From a virus, in IMG/VR virus record IMGVR_UViG_3300004097_000002: a DNA stretch of 42,242 nucleotides. One strand, given 5' to 3'. Numbering within the stretch: position 1 is the stretch's first letter; each line of letters starts with the position of its first letter. Of this stretch, positions 1 through 8,528 are shown piece by piece. The position numbers and the translations under genes are program-made. The notes beneath the pieces are model-generated. The model made no database searches and was not told where the DNA came from. It saw only the letters and a program-made list of their open reading frames with translations.

Positions 1-40
1 GTTGTCGTCATAATCTGTCATACTTCCGCCGTTATAATTG
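1..40. repeat. Terminal direct repeat (copy 1); the same 40 nt end the window, consistent with circular-assembly overlap
   Basis: gttgtcgtcataatctgtcatacttccgccgttataattg is read at both ends. Offset 42202 is inferred from the ORF track: start codon at 42221..42223 versus cat at 19..21. Confidence 0.85.
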
Positions 41-1727
41 AAAAAGTGAGTATTGATTCAAGCCCGTAATGTTTCCATTCTATACTATCACCATTTAATC
101 GAACGGGTAACAAATAAGAAATTCGAAATATATTTGTATAGTCAACGCCCGCAGGAATTACCGTCGCGAGCGAAATTATAGAATTCGAACCGCTTACACT
201 AGCGCCCGTTACTTCCGTTCTATGCGTTCCGCCTGCTGTTTCAATTTCAATATACCTATGCGTAACAATACCAAATGTTTTATCTGCGTATTCAACACCT
301 TCTATCAAAAGCGCGCTTGCTGATTCCGACGGAGTTGTTGCAATCTGTAAATCTGTTCTATATGTGGGCATCCAAAAACGACGACTTTGACCCCTTGCGT
401 TTGAAAAAAACGCTTTCCAATAGTCCATTTCTTCGGGTGCTTTCATTCTGTTGACTTTGAACGAACGCTGACCGCCGACGCGTGTGTAATCCCAACGCGA
501 AATTAGGTCGGGAAGTCCTGTTTTATTGTCAATTGTAATTTGCCCTGTTGAAAATGCATCCGTAACTTTGTCGTCGGCTAACGGTCTTTTTTCCATAACA
601 AGAATGTCAAGAAAATAAGGAAATTCAGTCGTTGAATCAGGACGAATCATTGACGTTCTTTGTCGAAGCATTGTTGCAATCAAAGTTACTTCCGCAACGC
701 CGTTTGTTGCATACCTGGCAAGTGCTGTTTGATTTGAAACCAAAGCAGGCGAACCCGGCATTATCATCGAAAATTCTGGAACGTTAAAAGTTAAAGGTGA
801 AGAAGTCGAAGCGTATGTTTCGAAAACTTGCAAAATTTCAACAAGTTGTGAATCGACGGGCGTTTTAATCAAAACATAATCGCCGTCACGAATGTCTGTG
901 TCGGAACTGTCGAAATAAACAACAGATTGTCCCGACGTACTTGCTTGCCTAATTCGCGTTACATATTGAAATTCGGGCAACCAAAGACGACCAACGGCCG
1001 TCATTAAGCTTGTATAAAAATTTCGAATATCAACAACGTCGTCGAATATTATTTTTAAATTTGTTTCAATTCTTGGAATTTCACCACGTAGCGAAATTCG
1101 TTGTTCGCTTCCGTCTGTTGCAATTAAATTATCTGTTAACCACTCCCATGTTTCCGTAAGTGGTGTTTCTGGAACGATATCGAATTTTATTGCACGCGTT
1201 CCTGTTATCACAATCGGAACGGGGTTTTCAATGTTCGTAAAGTCGAATTTCACTTCACTATTTATTGAAGGCGGCCCCGCAACGCCTACGGTCACGGTGT
1301 ACGAAAGTTCTTGCAAAGGATACATTGAATACGGAACTTCCGGGCCTGTTACGTCAATTCCTGACGAATTGCTAACAAGAACATCATTTAATAATGCTGC
1401 CTTAGTAGGCCATGCGTTCCAAACGGTAAAGTCGCGAGATTGCGAAGAAGCAACAGTTTGCAAATCAATAAAAGACGGCGAAACGTGAACCCGAAAATAA
1501 AAGTCTTCGAAATAGTTGGGCATTTTGGTGCCCACAATAGCCAAATTGAAAGCTTTTGGCATTCTGTATGCGTTATAAGGGCCTTGTTTAAGAAGCCCCG
1601 ATTCAATGTAATCGTACAAAGTAGGGTAGTAATCCGTTTCTGAATTTTTGTTAACTTCGTTCGAAATTCTTGTATTTTCATAACCTGCAAGATAACCTTT
1701 AAGCAACGTTCCTATTTTAGCAACCAT
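18..1727 (-). CDS. Distal tail protein candidate (Dit / GTA gp12-position) with an extra N-terminal region
   Basis: 569-aa ORF. Its stop (tca 18..20) overlaps, as ATGA, the start of the BR0599-like gene across the circular junction. It lies between the post-TMP genes and the hub-like gene. The motif ETWEWLTDNLIATDGSEQRISLRGEIPR resembles distal-tail families, judged from memory. Confidence 0.6.
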   Translation of the reverse strand: MVAKIGTLLKGYLAGYENTRISNEVNKNSETDYYPTLYDYIESGLLKQGPYNAYRMPKAFNLAIVGTKMPNYFEDFYFRVHVSPSFIDLQTVASSQSRDFTVWNAWPTKAALLNDVLVSNSSGIDVTGPEVPYSMYPLQELSYTVTVGVAGPPSINSEVKFDFTNIENPVPIVITGTRAIKFDIVPETPLTETWEWLTDNLIATDGSEQRISLRGEIPRIETNLKIIFDDVVDIRNFYTSLMTAVGRLWLPEFQYVTRIRQASTSGQSVVYFDSSDTDIRDGDYVLIKTPVDSQLVEILQVFETYASTSSPLTFNVPEFSMIMPGSPALVSNQTALARYATNGVAEVTLIATMLRQRTSMIRPDSTTEFPYFLDILVMEKRPLADDKVTDAFSTGQITIDNKTGLPDLISRWDYTRVGGQRSFKVNRMKAPEEMDYWKAFFSNARGQSRRFWMPTYRTDLQIATTPSESASALLIEGVEYADKTFGIVTHRYIEIETAGGTHRTEVTGASVSGSNSIISLATVIPAGVDYTNIFRISYLLPVRLNGDSIEWKHYGLESILTFSIITAEV

Positions 1728-1729
1728 TT

Positions 1730-2683
1730 TTAAACACCTTCAAATCTAATTGCGACGCCTAGCGTGCCGCTTGAACCCGCTGGTGTTGTTGATTCGGAAC
1801 CTAACTTTCGATTTAATGAGTCCTTTCTAAAATGAGGATATATTTTCCATTTATCAGAACCTAGTGTGATTATTTCACCAGGTAGTAAATTATCAATTCT
1901 TACATGTTTCATATTTTCAAGTTGTGCAACAATTGACTGTCCGTACGAATCACGGCAAACGAGCGCCTTAATAGGTATCAAAGGCGACGAATTGTTAAAA
2001 GGTGAAGGAAGCGCGTTTATTAAAGACGCACAATATGAAGGTCCTAGCAAATCGCCTGTCGTGTCGGCCCCTGGAAGATAATTCCACCCTTTCGAATCAA
2101 GGTTGCTGTGAACATAGTAGTTGCTGTATGTACTTGAAGCAGAATAAGCGACGAAAAAAGGAAACCCGCAAATATAAGACGTATGTGTTGTCGACGATGC
2201 CGACCCTAAAAATGTTGTAGACGTACCCCCCGTAAAAAACGAAGCACGCGAGTTTGATTCAGAAAGGCCACCAGCCGACGAAGCACCGAACCAATTTCCC
2301 GAACCTGGTAAACTTGCGACGTTTGATTTACCAAAACAAATATTTTGATAAAAATCGGAGTTGTAATTGATTACGCAAAAAACTTCAATAGGGTTGTCGT
2401 AAATAAAAAGCTCATACAAAACAGGAAACACAATTGCAATTGCCGCCGCGTGTGTTGGTTGAAATATTTTTGATGTTCGTGGGCATTCATCCGTGAGCGA
2501 CGAACCGCTTTGCCCATTGCCGCCGGAAATTATAATATTTGCACTTGTTGCAACTAATTTTATAAAAACCCCACTTTTAGAAAGAATTGAATTTGATAAG
2601 GTCCATCCGTTCGCTGTGCATCCTGATTCAATTGCTGCTTTTAAATCAATAAACGAACTTGCACTTCCTGTTAAATATGCCAT
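1730..2683 (-). CDS. Tail-associated structural protein, unknown function (NGW-type, 317 aa)
   Basis: Tightly packed ORF abutting 2684..3664. Its N-terminus (LKAAIESGCTANGWTL) parallels that of the upstream 326-aa protein. It is Ser/Gly-rich and lies downstream of the TMP. Confidence 0.55.
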   Translation of the reverse strand: MAYLTGSASSFIDLKAAIESGCTANGWTLSNSILSKSGVFIKLVATSANIIISGGNGQSGSSLTDECPRTSKIFQPTHAAAIAIVFPVLYELFIYDNPIEVFCVINYNSDFYQNICFGKSNVASLPGSGNWFGASSAGGLSESNSRASFFTGGTSTTFLGSASSTTHTSYICGFPFFVAYSASSTYSNYYVHSNLDSKGWNYLPGADTTGDLLGPSYCASLINALPSPFNNSSPLIPIKALVCRDSYGQSIVAQLENMKHVRIDNLLPGEIITLGSDKWKIYPHFRKDSLNRKLGSESTTPAGSSGTLGVAIRFEGV

Positions 2684-3664
2684 TTATGCCACCATTTCCA
2701 AAGCAACGTAATCAGAAAACGTTGTTCTGTTTACATTTTGAAGAACAACAAAAGCCCGTCCCGAAACAGCCAAAATTGCATCAACTGCCTGTTTTACGGT
2801 TAGACCTGTTTGATTAACGACGGAAGTTCCGCCCATTTGAACTACGTTTTCGGGGCCGTTGTTAAATCCGCTTACAAAATAAACGCCGTCCAATTCACCT
2901 AAAACGTTTTGTAATTCTGATGTTGAAATATCTTGCATTATAATCGGCTCCATTTGATACTCATCGCCGACGGGCACCAAACAACGCGTCGTGTCGGCTG
3001 ATGCTGACGAATAAAGACAATTCGCCTTTGATGTTCCGTTGCTGTACGGATAGCAATTTTTATTGGTCCAAATTCCTGACTGTTCGCGAATCCAAAGCGA
3101 AGCGCCCGACGTACCTGTTCCGTTCACATTGCCGCCGTAGGGGAACCTTTGATTTGTGTCGCTGTATCGTCTTATTTCAACGCCCGAATAAAACATTCCT
3201 GCTAAAACCAAAGGCGAGGGATATTCACCAGGGCGCGCATAAGGAAAGAATTTGCCAACATAGGCATGTTCATATACAGGTGTTCCCACTTTCAAACAAA
3301 ACGCGATACGTTGCGCGTTTGCAATTATCCAGTAATCAATTGCATTATTGTGGGCTGGTACGCCTGATAATTTAACACCCGGTTGTAAATCAAATGTGCT
3401 TTCGGCAATATATCCGATAAACGTTGCGGCAACCAAATTGTAGTAATCCGCTGATGTATCTTGATATGTTCGAAAACCGACAAAAATTTCCTCTGTTCCC
3501 GAAAGCCCTTGACTTTTTCCAATCCATTCGCGATTTGCCGAAACTACGTCATAACGCAAAGTGACCCATCCGTTTGACTCCGCCGTTGTTTTTAATATTT
3601 CTAAAAACTGATAGTGACAATCCAAACCACCAGCTTTTAAAACCGACCCTATTGCATAACCCAT
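2684..3664 (-). CDS. Tail-associated structural protein, unknown function (NGW-type, 326 aa)
   Basis: The start overlaps the TMP stop by 1 nt (TAATG). The N-terminus (LEILKTTAESNGWVTL) is similar in layout to the 1730..2683 product. Confidence 0.55.
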   Translation of the reverse strand: MGYAIGSVLKAGGLDCHYQFLEILKTTAESNGWVTLRYDVVSANREWIGKSQGLSGTEEIFVGFRTYQDTSADYYNLVAATFIGYIAESTFDLQPGVKLSGVPAHNNAIDYWIIANAQRIAFCLKVGTPVYEHAYVGKFFPYARPGEYPSPLVLAGMFYSGVEIRRYSDTNQRFPYGGNVNGTGTSGASLWIREQSGIWTNKNCYPYSNGTSKANCLYSSASADTTRCLVPVGDEYQMEPIIMQDISTSELQNVLGELDGVYFVSGFNNGPENVVQMGGTSVVNQTGLTVKQAVDAILAVSGRAFVVLQNVNRTTFSDYVALEMVA

Positions 3665-6600
3665 TATTTAACCCCTACTATTTTCGCGACAGTGCTTCCG
3701 TTTTCTTCGATTGTTTCGAGTATAAACGCACGGCCTTCCGATGATTTAAGTGCACCAAGTGCGGCTTCTTTCGATTGTACAACAACCGCGCTAAAAGGTA
3801 CATTAACAATCGGAGCCGCTGCGGCTGCGGTCGTTCCGCTGTTCGCTTGTCCTGCTTGGTCGCTGTTTCGTTGTACACTCGCCGCGCCTGTTTGCAACGC
3901 TTGCAAATCGTTTACGCCGATTCTATTCGTCGCTGCTGCTGTCATAACGTATTCTTGACCGTGAACAACGCCCGCAACTTCATCAACGCCCATTGAACCA
4001 GTATAACCACCCGTTTTAAAACCTGTACTTTGTGACCTTATTTGTTGAACGTTTGCCAAACCAGCAACAACGGCCGCAGCAGCCGCAGCAATACCCAAAG
4101 CAGGACCGACAACAGGAATCGGTGCAAGCGACGCGTATGCGCTTGTTGCGCCCTGGTATGTGCTAATCATTGCTTGAGCAATTGCCGCAGCTTTGCCAAC
4201 AGCAGCCATTTTTTTATTGCTGCTACTTTGCAACGATGCCAAGTTTCCGAAAAACGAACTTGCTGAATTTAAATAAACGTTTTGGCGACCAAGTTCGACT
4301 TGCATCGAAGCCGACGCGTATTCCTGGTCGGAAATTAACTTTTGGTCGTTTAACATTTTCAATTGTTCGGTGTATGTTTGATATGACGCCAATTGTGAAT
4401 CAATGCTTGATTGAAAATTGGTTGTATCGATACCCATTCCTTGCAAAAGGCCGTCTGTTGCGCCTGCTGCGTCGCCTTGTGTAAAGCCCGACGATTGATC
4501 GTTTTTAAGCCTATTAATGGCGGTCAATTGGTCGATATAGTTTTGTCGACTTGTAACGCTTGATTCTAAAAGCGAAGCTTCTTGTTGCGCAACTGCGTTT
4601 ACTTGTTGAAGCAAAATCAAACGTTCGCGAAGCTGGGAAAGTTCTTCCGAATTTAACTGAATTCCTTTTGTAAGCAAATCGTTTTGAACTTGCATTACTT
4701 GCTGTTCTATTTCGCGCTGCTTAGGCAATAAAGAAAGTAAATCAAATTGCTGTTGCAAATCTTTGTTGTATTGGCGCATAGGGTCTTGCGAATTCGCATA
4801 CGCTTCCGACGATTTAAGCATTGAACTTGAATACTGTTCCTGAGATATTGCACCAATTGAAAGAAGTTTGTTCGCAGCTTCTTGCGTTGCTGTGTATTCT
4901 TTTAGCGGTCCTATTGATTCGCTGTAAATTGAATCAAATTGTTTTTGAACTTCCGAAGCGTCTTGAACTGCTGTTATTTTTTGTTTAATTGAAGCAACTT
5001 CGCTGTCGGTTAATGTAATTTTCTTTTGAATCAACGCTTCTTCAATTTGGTCAAATTTCGCTTGTGCTTCGCGCTGCGGTTGCAATTGATACATTCTTGC
5101 AATTTCGTTGTCTAACTGCGTGTTTATTTTTTCCAAAGCAAGACCGCGACGTTCTGCCGATTTTGCGCTTGTTGCGTCTGTATCTGTTGAAAGTTTCGAA
5201 CTGCTGGAACCTCGCAACGAAACCGGGTTTGCTGTTTTTCTACTTTCGCCGATTGAAGCCGCTTTGCTAAAAGTATCATTCAATAAAGCTTGAAGTGAAC
5301 CGCCTTGTGATTTGAATCCGTCTTCTAATGATTCGGCCCATAGTTTGCCAAAACCTTCGAATTCACTTGCACCCGAAGAACCCATTTTTTCAAAATCAAC
5401 TAATTCATAAGCGGCTTTACCGACTAACGAACGAAGCTTGTTTGCTGCTTCAATTGCCATGTTTGTTACGCGTTCGACATAAGACGCGATAAAGTCATAA
5501 GCCGATGCAATTGCACCCTGTACACTAATTACAACTTGAGCAAGTGCGCGACCTGCAAAAGTACCAAGCCCTGTTAAAAGGCCCGCAATTGCGTCGAATG
5601 TTTTAGCCGCCCATTCTAGCGCAGCGGCCCAACCTGTACGGTTAGTTTCGAAAAATGCAGCATAATCGTCATACCAAGAACCCGTCGCGTTTGTAACGGC
5701 TGCTGATGTATCAGAAAGGCTTACTTCGGCGCTGTCGAACAATGTTGCCCACAATTCACTAATTGAGGTTTTAACGTTGTCTATTACAGAAATCATACCG
5801 CTGAAAACAACACTAAAAAAGTCACCTAATGTCGTAACGTCGTCTATTCCTAACTTAATTTCATCACGAAACAAAGTGAAGTAAGCAATTGCAGTTGAAA
5901 GCGCAACAAGTATCAAGCCAACCGGATTCATTGCAAGTGCAATTGTAAACGCTTTTATTGCTGTCGTTACTCCGACAATTGCCGCCAGGATAGAAGGACC
6001 AAAAGCAAACAACATTGCAACACCAATTCCGGTCGCTATAACAGCAACGGTTTTCATGTTAGCAGCAAGCGAAAGCATAATTGCGGCAAGTGTTGCAGTA
6101 AAACCCGTTGCTGTATTCAATTCTCCGAAAAACTGCATTGCGTTGTTTTTAAGAACGGTAAACGCCTGGCCCATTGTGGGTAAAGTTTTACCGAAAGTGC
6201 TGTTCACTTTGTCTTCGATTAAACTGAAAGCTTTGAATAAAACTTCACTTGTTATTTTTCCTTCGCTTGCCATTTCTTTAATTTTGTTAATTGGCTGGTT
6301 TGTTGCTTGTGCAACTGCGTCCAAAACAATTGGCATGTTTTCGGATACGGCGCGAAATTCGTCACCTTGTAATTTTCCAGCGTTAAAAGCTTGTGATAAT
6401 TGAAGCAACGCGGACGAAGCTTCCTGCGCTGTTGCGCCGCCTACAATCAAAGCCTTGTTAATTGTTCCAGTTAATCGAAGCGTGTCTTCTTGTGATTTAC
6501 CCATTGACAACAAAGCACGGTCGAAACGTGTAAACGCCGTTGCTGTATCAATTACGCTTGACCTTGTTTCGTTTGCAAGGCTGAATAATTCTTTTGTTAA

Positions 6601-7269
6601 AACATTGACTTGTTCTTGTGATTCGGCAACGTTTTGCAATTTATTTTGCAAAGTAACATAAGCGTCGGCGCTTGACAAAATCGCATTTGCCGAAAGCGAA
6701 ACCCCTGCAATGCCAGCAGCGGCCTTTAAATAAGTGCTTAGCGAAGTTGTTGCGCGTTGCATTGACGCCGTTTGTTTATCTTGCGCCTGTTGAAGTCTAA
6801 GCGCAGAAAGCGCAGCACGGTCGTTTGCTGCGGCTGCGGCTGATGTCGCCGTTGAAGTGCGTTGTTGTTCTGTTGCAAGTCGTTGCGCTGCTGTTGCGCT
6901 TTGTGTTTGTGCCGATTGTGCGCGCGCTGTTGCTGCTGTCAAACGTTCTTGAGCCGTGGCCCCTGCAATGCTTGCTGTATTTGCGCGCGTCTGTGCTGCT
7001 GCTGCAATGGCCGCCGCTGCTGCTGTTCTTTGTTGCTCTGTTGCTAATTTTTGCGCGGCAATTGTTGTTTGTGCTAAAGCCGTTGAAGCTTTTGTTGCAT
7101 TTTGCAAAATTGTGTTTAATCCGGCACCGTTTAAGGAATTTAATTGTTTTTGTAAATTAACGAGCGCCGAATCTGCTGTTCTTGAATCGGCCGCGATTGC
7201 TTTAATTTTTAACGAGATTGACGAATCAACCTTGTCGGTGATTTTTATTTCAATGTTTTCGTCACTCAT
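3664..7269 (-). CDS. Tape measure protein
   Basis: 1201 aa, the longest ORF, lying downstream of the G/GT chaperones. It has an Ala/Gln-rich coiled N-terminus with repeated AAQ(K/R)LATEQQRT, central hydrophobic segments, and a C-terminal GFKTGGYTG...VHGQEYV motif typical of TMPs. Confidence 0.9.
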   Translation of the reverse strand: MSDENIEIKITDKVDSSISLKIKAIAADSRTADSALVNLQKQLNSLNGAGLNTILQNATKASTALAQTTIAAQKLATEQQRTAAAAAIAAAAQTRANTASIAGATAQERLTAATARAQSAQTQSATAAQRLATEQQRTSTATSAAAAANDRAALSALRLQQAQDKQTASMQRATTSLSTYLKAAAGIAGVSLSANAILSSADAYVTLQNKLQNVAESQEQVNVLTKELFSLANETRSSVIDTATAFTRFDRALLSMGKSQEDTLRLTGTINKALIVGGATAQEASSALLQLSQAFNAGKLQGDEFRAVSENMPIVLDAVAQATNQPINKIKEMASEGKITSEVLFKAFSLIEDKVNSTFGKTLPTMGQAFTVLKNNAMQFFGELNTATGFTATLAAIMLSLAANMKTVAVIATGIGVAMLFAFGPSILAAIVGVTTAIKAFTIALAMNPVGLILVALSTAIAYFTLFRDEIKLGIDDVTTLGDFFSVVFSGMISVIDNVKTSISELWATLFDSAEVSLSDTSAAVTNATGSWYDDYAAFFETNRTGWAAALEWAAKTFDAIAGLLTGLGTFAGRALAQVVISVQGAIASAYDFIASYVERVTNMAIEAANKLRSLVGKAAYELVDFEKMGSSGASEFEGFGKLWAESLEDGFKSQGGSLQALLNDTFSKAASIGESRKTANPVSLRGSSSSKLSTDTDATSAKSAERRGLALEKINTQLDNEIARMYQLQPQREAQAKFDQIEEALIQKKITLTDSEVASIKQKITAVQDASEVQKQFDSIYSESIGPLKEYTATQEAANKLLSIGAISQEQYSSSMLKSSEAYANSQDPMRQYNKDLQQQFDLLSLLPKQREIEQQVMQVQNDLLTKGIQLNSEELSQLRERLILLQQVNAVAQQEASLLESSVTSRQNYIDQLTAINRLKNDQSSGFTQGDAAGATDGLLQGMGIDTTNFQSSIDSQLASYQTYTEQLKMLNDQKLISDQEYASASMQVELGRQNVYLNSASSFFGNLASLQSSSNKKMAAVGKAAAIAQAMISTYQGATSAYASLAPIPVVGPALGIAAAAAAVVAGLANVQQIRSQSTGFKTGGYTGSMGVDEVAGVVHGQEYVMTAAATNRIGVNDLQALQTGAASVQRNSDQAGQANSGTTAAAAAPIVNVPFSAVVVQSKEAALGALKSSEGRAFILETIEENGSTVAKIVGVK

Positions 7270-7275
7270 TCGCGG

Positions 7276-7710
7276 CTAATCCTTGATTTTAAATGATGCT
7301 AATGATTTTCGTCCTATCAGAACGGCCCTTTCAACAAATCCGGCCGGGGCTTGTCCCGAATAACCGTCGTTCAATCGTCGAATATAAGGTTCGTTATTCG
7401 TAATATAAATAATTTCACCAGGCTTTTTGTTCTTCAAAACTTGTTTTGCAATAGTAATTGTTTCTGATGCGCTTTGTCTATACGTAGAACCATTTAAACC
7501 GGGGAAGTGTGGACCTATTCGGCCTAGTGTGGGGTTAATTAACGAGACTTGCCAGCCTGACAAAGCATTTGAAGTATCAACGGGGGTTCGGTATGCAAGT
7601 TCGCCCACAATAGACAAAGCCGCCTTTACCGATGCTTCCGAAGCAGCGTTGTTTATTTCTTTTGCTTTTTTTTCAAGCCTTTCGGCAAGTCCTGTTAATG
7701 TATTTTTCAT
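7276..7710 (-). CDS. HK97 gp10-like neck / tail-completion family protein
   Basis: 144 aa. The motifs RTPVDTSNALSGW and NNEPYIRRLNDGYSGQAPAGF match the HK97 gp10-like pattern (PVDTG.L..SW ... Y...E.G). There is an ATGA overlap with the upstream ORF. Confidence 0.65.
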   Translation of the reverse strand: MKNTLTGLAERLEKKAKEINNAASEASVKAALSIVGELAYRTPVDTSNALSGWQVSLINPTLGRIGPHFPGLNGSTYRQSASETITIAKQVLKNKKPGEIIYITNNEPYIRRLNDGYSGQAPAGFVERAVLIGRKSLASFKIKD

Positions 7711-8030
7711 TTTTTCGTCGCTTGTTTTGCTGCTAGTTTTTTTAAATGCTCCGAATCCAAACGTCGTACAAAAAAATAAAGGTCTTCTGTCTGGTCGTTG
7801 TCGAATTCAAAAGCAATTGCATAAGAAGCGATAGAAGTCCAGGGAATTGATGTAAGCCCTTGACCGTGCGAACGTTCCGAATCTAAGTCGAAAAAAGCTT
7901 GTAAATATAGTTGTAATCCTAGTTGTAGTTCTGGCGCATTTGCAATGCGGTCCGGTAATGGTTGCCCGGCTCGCATTGCTTGTTTTGCAATGGACTGTTC
8001 GTGTGGTCCAAGTTCTAACAAATGCGTCAA
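7707..8030 (-). CDS. Tail assembly chaperone T segment (gpT / DUF1799-like), probably expressed as a GT fusion by -1 frameshift
   Basis: The ORF is in the -1 frame relative to 8039..8467 and has only a TTG at its 5' end. The sequence (ELQLGLQLYLQAFFDL...IPWTSIASYAI) resembles the T part of lambda-type G/GT. Confidence 0.75.
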   Translation of the reverse strand: MTHLLELGPHEQSIAKQAMRAGQPLPDRIANAPELQLGLQLYLQAFFDLDSERSHGQGLTSIPWTSIASYAIAFEFDNDQTEDLYFFVRRLDSEHLKKLAAKQATKK

Positions 8031-8038
8031 AACTTCAA

Positions 8039-8467
8039 TTAGTTTTTTGCTTCTTCTTCCAATGTAAAATCACGGAAGTTTGAAGAAATTTTGCTTTCTT
8101 CTTGTAAACGCTCGTAAACGTCCGGAAGTTCTGTTAAAAGTTTAACAGCCGATTCCTTTGAATAAACAAGCAATTCGCCGTTTTCGTCTTGTACGTTTTC
8201 CCAGCCGCGCAAAATAGTATCGATGAAAACTTGCAAGAAAATTGCTTCGGCAACTTCGTTTTTCATTGTGCCAAGTTCGACTTGTCGACGGTAAGGACGC
8301 GTTGCCGCTTCAAGTGCTTTTGAATAAGCCTTGTTTGCTTTACCCATTCGAGAAATGATGAAAACAGGTATTGTTTTGTCATCGTTTTGCGCTTCTTGAA
8401 ATTCGATTCGAATTCCTTCGCTTTCTTTCGTTGGGTTTGTTTTAAATTGTTTATGTAATCCTGACAT
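8039..8467 (-). CDS. Tail assembly chaperone G
   Basis: 142-aa acidic ORF directly after the tail tube gene. It ends at the slippery site, which is the canonical G/GT position upstream of the TMP. Confidence 0.75.
   Translation of the reverse strand: MSGLHKQFKTNPTKESEGIRIEFQEAQNDDKTIPVFIISRMGKANKAYSKALEAATRPYRRQVELGTMKNEVAEAIFLQVFIDTILRGWENVQDENGELLVYSKESAVKLLTELPDVYERLQEESKISSNFRDFTLEEEAKN
8042..8048 (-). other. -1 programmed ribosomal frameshift slippery heptamer A_AAA_AAC
   Basis: The minus strand reads GCA AAA AAC TAA at the end of the G ORF. A shift of -1 gives ..K K L I E V L T H L L E L G P.., which runs in frame into ORF 7707..8030. Confidence 0.75.
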
Positions 8468-8487
8468 TGCAATAACTCCGCTAAATG

Positions 8488-8511
8488 AAAAAAGGCCGGA
8501 ACATTCCGACC
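8488..8511 (-). terminator. Rho-independent terminator after the tail tube gene
   Basis: The minus strand has GGUCGG-AAUGUU-CCGGCC followed by UUUUUU. Confidence 0.6.
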
Positions 8512-8528
8512 TTTTGATTATATCCGAA

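Noticed and set aside
6825-7279. Plus-strand ORFs of 107-111 aa (6825..7160, 6862..7047, 6956..7279) antisense to the tape measure gene
   Set aside because: They lie opposite the Ala/Gln-rich repetitive part of the TMP, where GC(N)/CAA codon runs keep antisense frames open. Their products are Cys/Leu/Ala low-complexity, they have no RBS, and there is no room for a promoter.
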